Assembly: GCA_965222225.1 (NCBI GenBank)
Contig: CBDCTK010000002.1
Coordinates: 800,001 to 864,000, forward strand
Direction: 5' to 3'
Length of the DNA stretch: 64,000 nt
From: Candidatus Poribacteria bacterium
Lineage (GTDB): Bacteria; Poribacteria; WGA-4E; JAJDTR01
The notes under the pieces were generated by a model. The model was not told the DNA's origin and made no database searches. It saw nothing but the letters and a program-made list of their open reading frames with translations. Position numbers and translations under genes: made by a program. Shown in pieces: positions 38,994-50,065 of this stretch (positions are counted from its first letter, which is position 1; every line of letters starts with the position of its first letter).

Positions 38994-39743
38994 ATGAAGT
39001 ATGTTCGGTATGAAGTGAACGGTAGTGTTTCCTACGGAACCCTTTCCGGTGACACGATTTCAGAACTTAGTGGCGATATTTTTGGGGAGTGCGAAGCAAG
39101 CGGCGCGACGGTTGGGCTCTCTGATGTAAAACTGCTCGCACCAACAGTCCCGTCAAAAATCTTGGCAGTGGGGCTAAACTACCGCAGCCATTTGGGAGGT
39201 GAGCCGGAACCCAAGAACCCGGAGATGTTCATCAAAACACCCTCGTGTATCAACAATCCGAACGGCGAAATTGTGCTTCCGGTTGGTGATGATGATGTTC
39301 ACGCCGAGGGTGAACTGGTCGTCGTCATTAAGAATCGCACAAGAAATGTGACGCCGGAGGAAGCGGTTGATAATATTCTGGGCGTCACATGTGGCAACGA
39401 TGTAAGCGCCCGAACTTGGCAACATAACGATCTGCAGTGGTGGCGCGGCAAATCCTGTGACACGTTCGGTCCGATGGGACCAGCCATCGCTACCGACGTT
39501 GATTACGGCAATCTCCAATTAGAGACACGAATCAACGGAAACGCTATCCAATCCCAGACGACCGCTGATCTTATCTTCCCCGTGCCATCCATTGTCAGTT
39601 TTGTCTCGCAGGTGATGACACTCGAACCGGGCGATGCCATATTCACGGGTACACCGGGCACGACAACGGCGTTAGCCGCTGGAGATACGGTTGAAGTGGA
39701 AATCGAAGGGATTGGCATCCTACAAAACACTGTAGTCAGCTAA
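38994..39743 (+). CDS. Fumarylacetoacetate hydrolase family protein
   Basis: KILAVGLNYRSH, EGELVVVI, NDVSAR, GKSCDTFGPMGP, TGTPG; AGGAGG RBS. Confidence 0.93.
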   Translation: MKYVRYEVNGSVSYGTLSGDTISELSGDIFGECEASGATVGLSDVKLLAPTVPSKILAVGLNYRSHLGGEPEPKNPEMFIKTPSCINNPNGEIVLPVGDDDVHAEGELVVVIKNRTRNVTPEEAVDNILGVTCGNDVSARTWQHNDLQWWRGKSCDTFGPMGPAIATDVDYGNLQLETRINGNAIQSQTTADLIFPVPSIVSFVSQVMTLEPGDAIFTGTPGTTTALAAGDTVEVEIEGIGILQNTVVS

Positions 39744-39845
39744 CGTTGGGCGACTGCTAACTCTACGAACGGTATGTAGGTGGTGACCGTGTTGCTCCAA
39801 TCCTCGCGGTCGTCACCCGTTGTAACGTATTGTTCTCACTAAAGT

Positions 39846-40256
39846 ATGGTCTGCCAAATCGAAATTAAACTGAAGGAGTACTCCCGAGGTTTCCATTTAA
39901 TCACTCAGGAGATTCTTCAGCAGGCGGGACCACTGCCGGAAAGCGGAATCCTCCGCGTTTTCATCAAGCACACTTCCGCCGGATTAACCATCAATGAAAA
40001 CGCGGATTACACCGTAAGGGAGGATTTCGAAAGCAGCTTCAACCGCTTAGTTCCCGAAGATGCCGACCATTATGTTCATACGGTGGAAGGCAGCGACGAC
40101 ATGCCCGCGCACATAAAATCAACGCTTGTCGGATCTTCAGTCAGCCTACCGATTACCGACCATCGGTTGAATCTGGGAATCTGGCAAGGAATCTATCTGT
40201 GCGAGTTCAGAAATCGCGGAAGTGGGAGGAATCTAATCCTCACGGTTTATTCGTAG
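39846..40256 (+). CDS. yjbQ: YjbQ/UPF0047 (secondary thiamine-phosphate synthase family)
   Basis: RGFHLIT, HTSAGLTINEN, DMPAHIKS, LGIWQGIYLCEFR. Confidence 0.92.
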   Translation: MVCQIEIKLKEYSRGFHLITQEILQQAGPLPESGILRVFIKHTSAGLTINENADYTVREDFESSFNRLVPEDADHYVHTVEGSDDMPAHIKSTLVGSSVSLPITDHRLNLGIWQGIYLCEFRNRGSGRNLILTVYS

Positions 40257-40286
40257 GATTGGATTAGCAATTGACCGGCTTCAATA

Positions 40287-41165
40287 TTAGGAGTCTGACA
40301 GTCGTGGCTCAGAGTGGTTGCGTCCAAATGACACCGACTGAGCGCCTACTATGCGCGCGTACCAATCGGTAACAGACTTTTCGCCCAAGTGTTTCAGCAT
40401 CCAAGACCTTAGCGGTACATCTTCTTCACGCGGGCTTGAAGTCCCCATTGCACCGGCCTTTGCACCGAGGAGTTGCCTGCGAATCGGGTCGGAACGCTCC
40501 ATTAAGTGCGAAACCGTCCTCTCATCTCTTGGATGAATCCAGCGATGGCTATACCCCATGAAGATGACCTTCCGCGTGATGTTCGATTGATTGTGCCCGG
40601 GCGCGTGGAATAGACGCCGATCGAACATCACCGCAGTACCTGCAGACACCTTTACCTCTATTGCCCCCTCCGGATCTGAAACCCCATCAGCTGGTAGCTC
40701 AATTTCTCGCTTGCGGTGGCTTCCGGGAATCAGGCTAAAATTGCCACGGCCACCCTCCGACACGTCCGTCAGGAAATACCCTACCTTCACAGACAACCGA
40801 GGCTGAGTACCCGCCTCGATGTCGGCGTTTATCCGATCACTGTCCTGATGCCAACCCCGTCGACGCTTCGTTGATTGCGCTTGTTTATCCTGCGGCGGAC
40901 TGACAACCATTTGCGTGTAGTACGAATGGATGTTCCAGCCGAGAACGCCAAAAACCTTTGGAAACGTCCGTGGCCAATCAAGCAGTTCCAAAAACGACTC
41001 GTCTTTGGCAAAGATGTTGTCACCCGGTCCTAGCCGTCCTACAATCTCACTAAAATCCTTGACCATTGAGGTAGGTAAGGCGTCCTTTATCACAAGCAAT
41101 CCGTCGCGTTCAAACGTGGCGCGTTCATCCTCCGTCAAACAATGCTTCAAACACTCTTTATCCAT
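40287..41165 (-). CDS. Phytanoyl-CoA dioxygenase (PhyH) family Fe/2OG oxygenase
   Basis: FERDGLLVI, WHQD, IPGSHR, FDRRLFHA…N…R; likely ATG 41165. Confidence 0.9.
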   Translation of the reverse strand: MDKECLKHCLTEDERATFERDGLLVIKDALPTSMVKDFSEIVGRLGPGDNIFAKDESFLELLDWPRTFPKVFGVLGWNIHSYYTQMVVSPPQDKQAQSTKRRRGWHQDSDRINADIEAGTQPRLSVKVGYFLTDVSEGGRGNFSLIPGSHRKREIELPADGVSDPEGAIEVKVSAGTAVMFDRRLFHAPGHNQSNITRKVIFMGYSHRWIHPRDERTVSHLMERSDPIRRQLLGAKAGAMGTSSPREEDVPLRSWMLKHLGEKSVTDWYARIVGAQSVSFGRNHSEPRLSDS

Positions 41166-41269
41166 GTTCACCCCTTGAACTAATCTCGATGTGTTGGTTA
41201 AAGTGATGATAGACGTTGACCGTTCAAGCACGAGGTTTCAATTATCCAAACTAGGGTCATGAAGATTCG

Positions 41270-42643
41270 TCAATTGTCTGTAGGGTTGCTGGCGGACCAA
41301 GCTGATTGGAGTTCGTTGACCTCAAGGGAGATGATTCGGGCTTTCCCGCCGGAGGCAAAGATTTTGAGTCTTCTGTTCGCCATGTCCGGAAGAAAGCACG
41401 AGCACATTGACAGCTGACCGTCGTTCCCGAACACCTCAATCGAAGTACGGTCAACCAAAATCTGTAATACAATTCGCCCGTCGATAGGTTGAAGCGACGC
41501 GGATTTTTCAAGGCAGGTTAACTTGTGTGCGTTGACATCGTAATGAATGTTCTCCTCGCGCACCGAAAACCCAACAGCTCTCGCATCTCCGAGTTCAATC
41601 TCTGCCCGAATATCAAACAATTCGTCTTCGATGCCATCAAGCAGGTTGTTAGTAGATGTCAATCTTTCGTTATGCCATGAATGTCTCCGCTTGTGAATAG
41701 TTTCAATTTCTCTCACCGGCTTGCGAAACATCCGGATACCCTCGGCGGTAGTTCGTAACGTCAATTCGCAGGGAAAAGTCATCTGTTGGTTAAATGGCAT
41801 ATCGGGGTACTTCCCCCCTTGCATCCAAGCTATCTGCAACCTTCGATTGTCAGTCGTAGGTATGTCGCTCCACGTTTGCGCGGCGTAACAGTTCGCGCCA
41901 TGTTCGGTTCGTAGAACGACACCTTCCGCAGTGAATCGCTCCCCGTCAAACATTCCGATGAAATGCCGCCCGTTTGCTCCCCAGAACACCCATTTTGTGT
42001 GGTCCATGTCGCCATCTACCGGCAGTTCAAAGAGATCCGGGCATTCGCTGGCATCGGGCAAATGGACATCGGACAGTTTCGTCCAAGATTTCAGGTCTGA
42101 TGATCCGAAAAGCGCGAAATCGTTGCTCTCCAAATAGAGCGCCATCACCCATTTCTTCGTAGAACTATGCCAGAATACCTTTGGATCTCGGTTGCCCTTG
42201 GCGATATTGGAAAGCACCGGATTGTTTTCGTACTTTGTCCATGTCCGTCCCATGTCATTGCTGTAGGCGATGCTCTGTGTATAGGCTGTTTCCTTTGGGG
42301 CGAACTCTCCTGCGGAGGTGTATATAACGACTAGTACACTTTCTTCGCCTGTCTGAAATCCTGTGGTGTTGTTCCAATCAACGACCCCCGAACCCGAAAA
42401 AATTGTCCCTAATTCATCGGGTTCAATGGCATGAGGCAACTGTTCCCAATGCACCATGTCCGGGCTCACGGCGTGGCCCCACGTCATATTCCCCCAGTCA
42501 ATTCCCGAAGGATTGTGCTGGAAGAACAGATGGTACTCGCCATTGTAATACATCAGACCGTTGGGATCGTTCAGCCAGTTCTTTTTCGCGGTAAAGTGAA
42601 ACTGGGGACGATACGGTTCCCGGTATAGCGCTTCCTCAATCAT
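41270..42643 (-). CDS. GH32 beta-fructofuranosidase/levanase, no signal peptide
   Basis: WLNDPNG, WGHAVS, FSGS, RDPKV, ECPD, YAAQT, DRTSIEVF. Confidence 0.94.
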   Translation of the reverse strand: MIEEALYREPYRPQFHFTAKKNWLNDPNGLMYYNGEYHLFFQHNPSGIDWGNMTWGHAVSPDMVHWEQLPHAIEPDELGTIFSGSGVVDWNNTTGFQTGEESVLVVIYTSAGEFAPKETAYTQSIAYSNDMGRTWTKYENNPVLSNIAKGNRDPKVFWHSSTKKWVMALYLESNDFALFGSSDLKSWTKLSDVHLPDASECPDLFELPVDGDMDHTKWVFWGANGRHFIGMFDGERFTAEGVVLRTEHGANCYAAQTWSDIPTTDNRRLQIAWMQGGKYPDMPFNQQMTFPCELTLRTTAEGIRMFRKPVREIETIHKRRHSWHNERLTSTNNLLDGIEDELFDIRAEIELGDARAVGFSVREENIHYDVNAHKLTCLEKSASLQPIDGRIVLQILVDRTSIEVFGNDGQLSMCSCFLPDMANRRLKIFASGGKARIISLEVNELQSAWSASNPTDN

Positions 42644-42748
42644 CCATGCCTCCTCGATCTACGAACGTACTGTAATGTTCAGCTCTTTCGAGTGTTATGA
42701 CGTTCAACAATATCGCAATGTCATTCGCGGCGCAACAATACCCCTCCG

Positions 42749-45511
42749 TTATCCTGTACTGTGCATCGCGGCAGCGATGCCATTGATTGCCAAAAACATG
42801 GATTGGCGTAGTTCCGATTTATCTTCGGGCAACGCTCTCCAACGCCGCAGCAGCTCGGTTTGGAGCAAGTTTAACACATCTGTGTACGGATTACGAAGTC
42901 TGATGGATTTTTGGATAACAGGGTTGTTGTCCAATAGCTCTGACTGGCCCGTGATTTGTAGGATGGCATGTTGTGTAAGCTCAAAATCATGCTGTATCCG
43001 TTCGTGAAATGTGCCATCAGAAAGAGAGGCATACCGCTTGGCTATATCCAAACGTGCTCTAGCCATCTCTGCTTGGGCATTGTCGACGATGGCGCGGAAA
43101 AAAGCCCAGTTGCGATAGTGTTCCTTAAGGGCATCGGGGTTGCCTTGATGGTCGTTGATGTACTTGTTTAGCGCGCTACCCATACCATACCACCCTGGCA
43201 AATTGTAGCGCGTCTGAATCCATGAAAAATTCCAAGGAATGGCACGCAAATCCTCAAAGTCCACTTCGCTGCCAGCCTTGCGCGACGCCGGTCGTGAGGC
43301 AATCGGTAGATGACTAATCTGCTCAATTGGCGTTACTCTTACGTACCAAGGCCAAAATTCCTCATCATCAATTAAGTTACGATAAGCCTTCATGGACTCA
43401 CTGGCAAGGAATTCCATCATTGCGTTTGAATCTGGTCCCAAATCCTCGGATTCCGGGTGCGATGTCTTTAGCATAGCGTTGATTATCTGTTCCAAATGCC
43501 TATGAGCGATGCCAGGTTGAGCGTACCGGAAAGAAATCACTTCACCTTGTTCAGTAAAACGGATGCGTCCGTTATACGTTTCTCGTGCCATCGCGAAAAT
43601 TGCGCGATTCGCTCTGCCGCCACCGCGTCCTATAGTTCCGCCGCGCCCGTGAAACAATCGCATCTCAACCTGATGTTCGTAACAAACACGAGCCAGTACC
43701 GCTTGTGCCTTGTGCAGCGACCAATTTGCCATCCAATAACCACCGTCTTTGTTGCTATCGGAATAACCCAGCATGATCTCTTGAAAATCACCGCGTGCTT
43801 TGAGATGGAGACGGTAGATAGGATTCGTGAATAGAGACACCATTAAGGACTCCGCTCGCTCAAGATCGTCAATGGTCTCAAGGAGCGGAACCACATCAAC
43901 AACACTGTGCACCTGTCCACCATCGTAATGCCACAATCCGACCTCTTTAAGCAAGAGTAGTACCTCAAGAATGTCGCTAACCGCGTCAGTCATACTAATG
44001 ATGTAACTACCAATCGAGTCACGGTCGTATTCCACAACCTCTGCAACCAACTCCATTACTTCAAGCATCACCCGCGCGTCGCCCGCAGTTTCCGTTTTGG
44101 GGGGCAACAACGGCCGTCTGTTTTTTAACTCATGTTCAAGAGTCCGAGCACGTTCCACCTCTGTAAGGGAAGAATATTTCGTACACACCCCTCCAATGGC
44201 TAGTAATTCACTGACCGCAGCCTCATGAATTTTGCTGTGCTGGCGAATATCAAGCGCGGTTAGGTGCAGCCCAAATGTCCGTGCCCGGACCACCAAGTCG
44301 GCAAGATGTCCCGTCACAGCAAGCTCTGGCATGTGACTCTCTTTTAAGCAGCGCTGAATCAATTCTAAATCGCTCACAAAACTGGCGCGGTCATATTTCC
44401 CTTCGGTTGCCAAATTCGATTCATCTTGCATCTGTCTCAGCCGCGCCATGATATAGCTGATTTTGATCCGGTAAGGTTCATTCGCGAACGGATGAATCTC
44501 ATCTTCCGTTAATAAACCGCTCTTTGAATCCTTCATCAGGGATTCTTTGAGTGCCTCCGGTACGGGATTGAAGCGATTGGAGATGCTCAAGTCATGCCAA
44601 AGAAGGCGTAATTCGTCTAGGTAAAGATCGATAACCGTTTCCCGGTTGAGGCGAAGTGCGGTACGCGTAATTTCCGCGGTTACATTGGGGTTGCCATCTC
44701 GATCGCCGCCAACCCACGAACGGAAGCGCAGAAATGTGGGTAATTCCACATCTCGCTCATAATATAGCTTGAGCGCCTCCCGCAATTCGCCGTACAATTG
44801 AGGCACGATCTCCCAGACACAGGTACTCAAGAAATGGAGTGCATGCTCCACCTCATCAATCACAGACGGGCGTTCAACTCGAATCTCATCAGTTGCAAGC
44901 AACAGCGCAATCTGAGAATAGATATCCCTGATGACAATATCGCGCTCTGAAGGAAGGAGATTGTGTGATTGGAGCCTGGCAAGTTGCTCGGCAACCTGCT
45001 GCTGTTTGTGAGCGACACTTCGTCGACGCACTTCGGTGGGATGCGCCGTAAACGTCGGCTGAATATCCAAACGCTGTATCCACGTAAGTGTTTCTTCGAA
45101 TGAAACACCTGCCTGTTTGAGGTAGTGGATAGCCTCGGCGATTGATTCCACTCGCGGAGTCCCCGCAGTCGCATTGCTCTGTCGCTCGCGGTTGATGCGT
45201 ACGATTTCACGCTGTTCGGCTTTGTTGACGAGATTGAAAAAGCCAGTGTATGCACGAAGCAACCAAACAATCTGTTCCCTCGACAGTGATTGGATGATTT
45301 CGGCTGCCTGGTCTCGAAGTTCCTCTTTACCCGTGGTTGCTGTATCCTTACAAAGGATTCGCAACTGTTCGGTCAGGTCCAAGATTTTATCGCCCGCCTG
45401 CTGCCGGATGGCATGACCGAGTAGTGATCCCAATAGATGCACCTGCTCGCTCAAAGGCGTCGTAATTCCTGTGCCTTCAACCTCTATCGTTAAGCCTCGC
45501 CAACTGTTCAT
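42749..45511 (-). CDS. ppc: Phosphoenolpyruvate carboxylase
   Basis: FTAHPTE, WVGGDRDGNP, QEIMLGYSDSNKDGG, FHGRGGTIGRGG, LRAIPW. Confidence 0.97.
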   Translation of the reverse strand: MNSWRGLTIEVEGTGITTPLSEQVHLLGSLLGHAIRQQAGDKILDLTEQLRILCKDTATTGKEELRDQAAEIIQSLSREQIVWLLRAYTGFFNLVNKAEQREIVRINRERQSNATAGTPRVESIAEAIHYLKQAGVSFEETLTWIQRLDIQPTFTAHPTEVRRRSVAHKQQQVAEQLARLQSHNLLPSERDIVIRDIYSQIALLLATDEIRVERPSVIDEVEHALHFLSTCVWEIVPQLYGELREALKLYYERDVELPTFLRFRSWVGGDRDGNPNVTAEITRTALRLNRETVIDLYLDELRLLWHDLSISNRFNPVPEALKESLMKDSKSGLLTEDEIHPFANEPYRIKISYIMARLRQMQDESNLATEGKYDRASFVSDLELIQRCLKESHMPELAVTGHLADLVVRARTFGLHLTALDIRQHSKIHEAAVSELLAIGGVCTKYSSLTEVERARTLEHELKNRRPLLPPKTETAGDARVMLEVMELVAEVVEYDRDSIGSYIISMTDAVSDILEVLLLLKEVGLWHYDGGQVHSVVDVVPLLETIDDLERAESLMVSLFTNPIYRLHLKARGDFQEIMLGYSDSNKDGGYWMANWSLHKAQAVLARVCYEHQVEMRLFHGRGGTIGRGGGRANRAIFAMARETYNGRIRFTEQGEVISFRYAQPGIAHRHLEQIINAMLKTSHPESEDLGPDSNAMMEFLASESMKAYRNLIDDEEFWPWYVRVTPIEQISHLPIASRPASRKAGSEVDFEDLRAIPWNFSWIQTRYNLPGWYGMGSALNKYINDHQGNPDALKEHYRNWAFFRAIVDNAQAEMARARLDIAKRYASLSDGTFHERIQHDFELTQHAILQITGQSELLDNNPVIQKSIRLRNPYTDVLNLLQTELLRRWRALPEDKSELRQSMFLAINGIAAAMHSTG

Positions 45512-45630
45512 GATGTTCCTCTATGGCTATGGTGAGCGAATGACGCTCCCCAAAGTCTGGGTCAAATGCCAATCTTAAAATCTAGAATTTTATTATACAC
45601 GACTTTGAGCTGAATACAAGGTGAATTATC

Positions 45631-45659
45631 TTGACAATGCTTTTATTTTCGCGTATCCT
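45631..45659 (+). promoter_or_regulatory. Sigma70-type promoter (TTGACA-17 bp-TATCCT); a second TTGACA-17-TAAAAA lies at 45720-45748
   Basis: ttgaca atgcttttattttcgcg tatcct upstream of the M28 pseudogene. Confidence 0.55.
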
Positions 45660-45800
45660 GAACACGGATAAATTGGACAATGATTAGCAGGTTTTGCCGA
45701 AGGTGCTACGGTATTTGGCTTGACAACCTAAGCGCGTTCAAGTAAAAACCTAACCGCGTCTCATTCCCCCTAAGGAAAATTGGGAATGGAAAAATAGTAT

Positions 45801-47238
45801 ATGAATCTAGCGATTGAAAATCGTATTGTCGATGAAATTTTTGCCAACTCGGAAGCGTATGGAAACCTGCTTGTCCTTGCTGATGACATCGGTCCCCGCC
45901 TCATCGGTACTCCTAACGAAATTAGAGCCCGAGATTACTTGGTGAAAAACCTTTGCCGGTACGGACTAGATAACGTCCGTACCGAAGCATTTCCGCATCA
46001 AGCTTGGAGATCAGAAAGAGAAGAGCTGCATATCATGGCGCCCGTTGAACGAGAAATCGGGTGCCGCTCCACCGTTTTGTCAGCCTCCACACCTGCGGCC
46101 GGGGTAGAGGGTGAGATTGTGCTGCTTGAGCGATGCGATCGCCCTGAGCTTTAAGAACACAAAGAACGTGTGAAGGAACTGATTGTTGTTGCCCATTACG
46201 ATCCGATCCCGCGTCACTTAAAAACACCGTTAGCTACAGAATACGGTGCTATCGCCTTGCTTGAGGCGTTTGGATTCCCGGGGTCCCATCTGTCGGCACG
46301 CGCCTGTGTCTACGAGCAGGTGGCACCCATTCGTTGCTTCCATTAGTAAAGAGGGCCACGACTACGTGCGATGCCTTGAGCAAAGGAAGAGAACTGTCAA
46401 GTTACGACTAACTCTCGACAGCGGCTTCGAGAAAAAAGATGGGTGAAATGTCGTTGGCGAGATTCGTGGAGTGGAGGATTCCCCCGAACATATCGTTATG
46501 GGCGCACATTACGACTCACATCATATTGCACCGGGTGCAGCGGATAATGCTTCTGGAGTTGTCACTATTGTCGAAGCGGCGCGGGCGCTTGTTCAGCACA
46601 GAGAGCACATAAAGCGTACAATCAAAGTGGCGTTTTTCAGCGGCGAAGAGGTTGGGCTAGTTGGCGCTTAGGCTTATACGCATCAACATTACGACGAACT
46701 CGAAGGCACCATCCTAATGCTGAACAACGACGGACAGGGAGGACGACCAAACGGAGTTAGCATCAACACCACTGATGAATTCAAGCCCATTCTGGAGGGG
46801 ATTTCCGAATTGACGGTGAGGTCCTTCACCTTTACAAGATTTCGGTAGGCCGTCCCGGCTGGTATGGAGTCGATCTGTTTCCCTTTCTGTTGAACGGTGT
46901 CCCGGCAATGCTCGCCCATTCTTCGCCCTACCGTCCGAATGACTTCGCCTACGTCCATATCGCAGCGGACACAGTTGATAAAGTATTAGCGCCCGGGCTG
47001 ACCGAATCTGCTGCCGTGAACGCACAAATCGCTTTTAATTTGCAAATCTGCCCGCGTGGCCTGCCCCCGAAAATCACAGCAAGAGCTAGAAGAGATGTTC
47101 GAGAGCTACAATTACATTGAAACATTAGAACTTCTTGATATGTGGCCCGCAGAGCATGCCAAGAAGCGGTTTTTTTTGACTAATCATGCTAGTCAAATGT
47201 GCATGAAAGGAGAGGAGGATGCAAGCCGTATACATTGA
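45801..47238 (+). pseudogene. Disrupted M28 aminopeptidase (carboxypeptidase Q-like, PA domain)
   Basis: Fragments IGPRLIGTPNE, G*NVVGEIRG, GAHYDSH, GAADNASG, FSGEEVGLVGA*, HIAADTVDK separated by in-frame TAA/TGA/TAG stops and several frameshifts. Confidence 0.9.
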
Positions 47239-48175
47239 TGATATTGAGACCATACGCGTTGGAACAAGGGAGATTCCTAAACCCGCCGCCGATGAAGTTT
47301 TGCTGAATGTCCGATCGGCTGGAATCTGTGGAAGTGACATTCACATACTCAAAGGGGAGTTCGGCGTACTTCCGGTTATCCCCGGTCACGAATTCTGTGG
47401 CGATGTTGTTGAAGTTGGGAAGAAGGTCACCACCCACAGCCCAGGCGACCGTGTGGCAGTCAATCCGTCAGGAATTGGCTACGGAACGCTGGTTGCCGGT
47501 GGATTTGAAGATTACGTTGCAGTTCGCGCTTCACTGGCTCATCCCTTGGGCGATCTCACCTACGATGAAGGTGCGTTGATAGAAACTCTTGGATGTATCG
47601 TTCACGCTATTGACAGCGCAGGCGTTACCTTGGGCGATGAGGTTCTTGTAGCGGGTGCAGGACCAATCGGTTTGTTAATGCTACAAGTGGCAAAACTATC
47701 TGGAGCACTCTCGGTTACCGTCACGGATGTCGTTGAAGAAAAACTCGTCAAAGCCAAGGAACTTGGTGCGGACGAGACCATTGTTGTAGACAAAGACCTT
47801 GAGGGCCAAATCCATGCCACGCATCCCGACGGATTCCATCTGACCATTGACGCCACGGGAAATCCCAAAGCCCAAGAACAACTCCTCGGTTTCACCGCTG
47901 ACCAAGGGATGGTATTACTTTTTGGATTCGCGTCGCCTGGCGCCATCATGGGAGTCGAGCCTTATGATATTTTCCGACGTGAACTAAAAATCATCGGGAC
48001 ATACGCGCTCGGCAATAAATTTGAGAGGTCACTGGCTCTTGCTATAGCGAAGCGCGTAAAGCTAGCGGACATCATCAGCCATCATTTTCCCCTTGCCGAG
48101 TTTCCCAAAGCCATTGAGACCACGCGGGGCCCCGAGCCGTCGCTCAAAATCCTAATGCATCCTAACGCATCGTAG
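47219..48175 (+). CDS. Zn-dependent (MDR) alcohol/polyol dehydrogenase lacking the structural-Zn lobe
   Basis: GICGSD, PGHEFCG, GAGPIG; no CxxCxxC segment after GDRVAVNP. Confidence 0.9.
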   Translation: MQAVYIDDIETIRVGTREIPKPAADEVLLNVRSAGICGSDIHILKGEFGVLPVIPGHEFCGDVVEVGKKVTTHSPGDRVAVNPSGIGYGTLVAGGFEDYVAVRASLAHPLGDLTYDEGALIETLGCIVHAIDSAGVTLGDEVLVAGAGPIGLLMLQVAKLSGALSVTVTDVVEEKLVKAKELGADETIVVDKDLEGQIHATHPDGFHLTIDATGNPKAQEQLLGFTADQGMVLLFGFASPGAIMGVEPYDIFRRELKIIGTYALGNKFERSLALAIAKRVKLADIISHHFPLAEFPKAIETTRGPEPSLKILMHPNAS

Positions 48176-48189
48176 TCTCGTGGAAGGAT

Positions 48190-48786
48190 ATAGTTGCAAT
48201 CGCAGATATTGCAGTAGAAAATCTGGCGAAGGCGAAAGAATTGGGAGCGCACGAAGTCTTTGATGCATCCCACAATCTCAAGGAACAGCTTTTGGAAGCA
48301 CACCCGAAACGGTTCCATCTCACGATTGATGCAACGAGAAATCCTCGTGCCCAGGAACAAATGCTAGGTTTCACAAGAAGCGGCGGCAGATTCCTGCTCT
48401 TCGGCGTTGCGGCACCTGCCGATACTATGACCGTCGAGCCTTACGACATTTTCTATCGCGAGCTGAAGATTGTCGGGGTACACAGTTTCGGCGACAAGTC
48501 TGGACGGGCTGTCGGAATTGTCAAGTCAAGGAGAGTGAATCTCGCCGAAATTATCAGCCATCATTTCCCACTTGCTCAATTTCGCAAGGTGCTCGATCTG
48601 ACACGCAGCCCGGAACCCTCCCTCAAGATCCTCATGCACCCGGATGGAGATGCACAGATGGTTGGCAGATTCAGCAACGAAGTGTCCGACCCTACCAAAG
48701 CAACCAATAGAAACGAACAGCGCTGGTTTGCCGTTCTTCGCTATGTAGGTAGGCGCAGCAAGGAATGTAAAGAATGGATTCGCTAA
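48190..48786 (+). pseudogene. 5'-truncated tandem paralog of the preceding dehydrogenase
   Basis: KAKELGA…HPKRFHLTIDAT…VEPYDIF.RELKI…IISHHFPLA…PEPSLKILMHP parallels the C-terminal half of 47219-48175; N-terminal catalytic part absent. Confidence 0.85.
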
Positions 48787-48843
48787 TATCGGAATGTGTT
48801 ATCTTTGCCAGAAATTTCACAGCGGAAGGTATCATCCAAGGTT

Positions 48844-49884
48844 ATGGCAAATGCTAACGCGCTGAAAGAATTTCTCGGCGAAGTCAAAACGACGATTGAT
48901 GCGTACATTCTTGATTTTCTTCCGTCCGAGCATAGTCGCGATGAGGTGCAATGTCTCTACGACATGATGCGGGATTATCCTCAGAGATCTGGCAAACGAA
49001 TGCGGCCCGCGCTGTGTTTGCTCATCTGCGAGGCGTTTGGCGGCAAACGCAAAAACGCATTGAATACCGCAGCGGCGCTTGAACTACTACAGAACTGGTT
49101 GTTAATTCATGACGATATCGAAGATGGATCTGACCTCCGTCGTGGAGAACCATGCCTGAATCTGAAGTATGGTGTGCCGTTAGCCATCAACGCAGGTGAT
49201 GCGCTTCACTGCCGAATGTGGGAGATGTTGCATCGGAATGCGGAGATTCTCGGTCACGAGGTCGCATTCCAGATACTCACCGAATTCACGCGTCTGAGCA
49301 ATCAAGTTGTCGAAGGACAACACATTGAGCTAAGTTGGGTCGATAGCAATCAGTGGAATCTCACCGAAGATGACTATTGGGCGATGTGCGTGCAGAAGAC
49401 CGCGTGGTACACGTCCATCGCACCGTGCCGCTTGGGAGCGATTACAGCAGGGGTGGCAAAGGCTGATGTTGACCATTTTATTGACATTGGTCGAAACTTG
49501 GGCGTCGCCTTTCAAATTCAAGATGATGTTCTGAATCTCATTGGCGACGAAGGGCAATACGGTAAAGAAATCGCTGGAGACATCAGCGAAGGGAAACGCA
49601 CTCTGGTGTTGATTCATCTATTCAATTCGTGTAGGCATGACGAGGCGAACCGCGTAGTTGAGATCATGGCTAAAAATCGAAACAGCAAGAGTTTAGCCGA
49701 AGTCCATGAAGTATTGTCGCTCATGAAAAAATATCGATCGATTGCGTATGCACAGAAGCGAGCCAAGGTGTTAGTGGAACAGGCATGTGCTCAATTCGCG
49801 CAGCGATTCGCCCACATACCGGATAACCGAGCGAAGGATCTCTTTGTGCCGCTTGTGAAATTTGCTATTGAACGCGATTATTGA
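48844..49884 (+). CDS. Polyprenyl diphosphate synthase (GGPPS/IdsA-like)
   Basis: GKRMRP, HDDIED..RRG, GQ.IEL, KT, FQIQDDVLN, DISEGKRT. Confidence 0.93.
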   Translation: MANANALKEFLGEVKTTIDAYILDFLPSEHSRDEVQCLYDMMRDYPQRSGKRMRPALCLLICEAFGGKRKNALNTAAALELLQNWLLIHDDIEDGSDLRRGEPCLNLKYGVPLAINAGDALHCRMWEMLHRNAEILGHEVAFQILTEFTRLSNQVVEGQHIELSWVDSNQWNLTEDDYWAMCVQKTAWYTSIAPCRLGAITAGVAKADVDHFIDIGRNLGVAFQIQDDVLNLIGDEGQYGKEIAGDISEGKRTLVLIHLFNSCRHDEANRVVEIMAKNRNSKSLAEVHEVLSLMKKYRSIAYAQKRAKVLVEQACAQFAQRFAHIPDNRAKDLFVPLVKFAIERDY

Positions 49885-50065
49885 TGGAGTGACATTTGAA
49901 GAATTGACGTGAAGGAAAGGTAGATTGACTTGAGTGGATTCTTATAGAGACTCAGGCGTGAATACTAACAAATCACATGGAACGTGAGTAACTGGATAAT
50001 ATAAGCGAAATCTTGTACCGAATGAGATTACTGTAAAGTTCAACTAATTTGAACGGGGAGAAGAA

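Noticed and set aside
38240-38997. Alternative ORFs 38240-38683(-) and 38398-38997(+), and the many short antisense ORFs in the track
   Set aside because: They overlap better-supported genes, lack RBS or motifs and look like shadow frames.
45801-47238. Stop-codon recoding or selenocysteine/pyrrolysine in the M28 gene (and in the HAD gene at 58145-58882)
   Set aside because: All three stop types plus frameshifts occur, the TGA/TAG codons are one change from TGG, and housekeeping genes here use TGA/TAG/TAA as normal stops.
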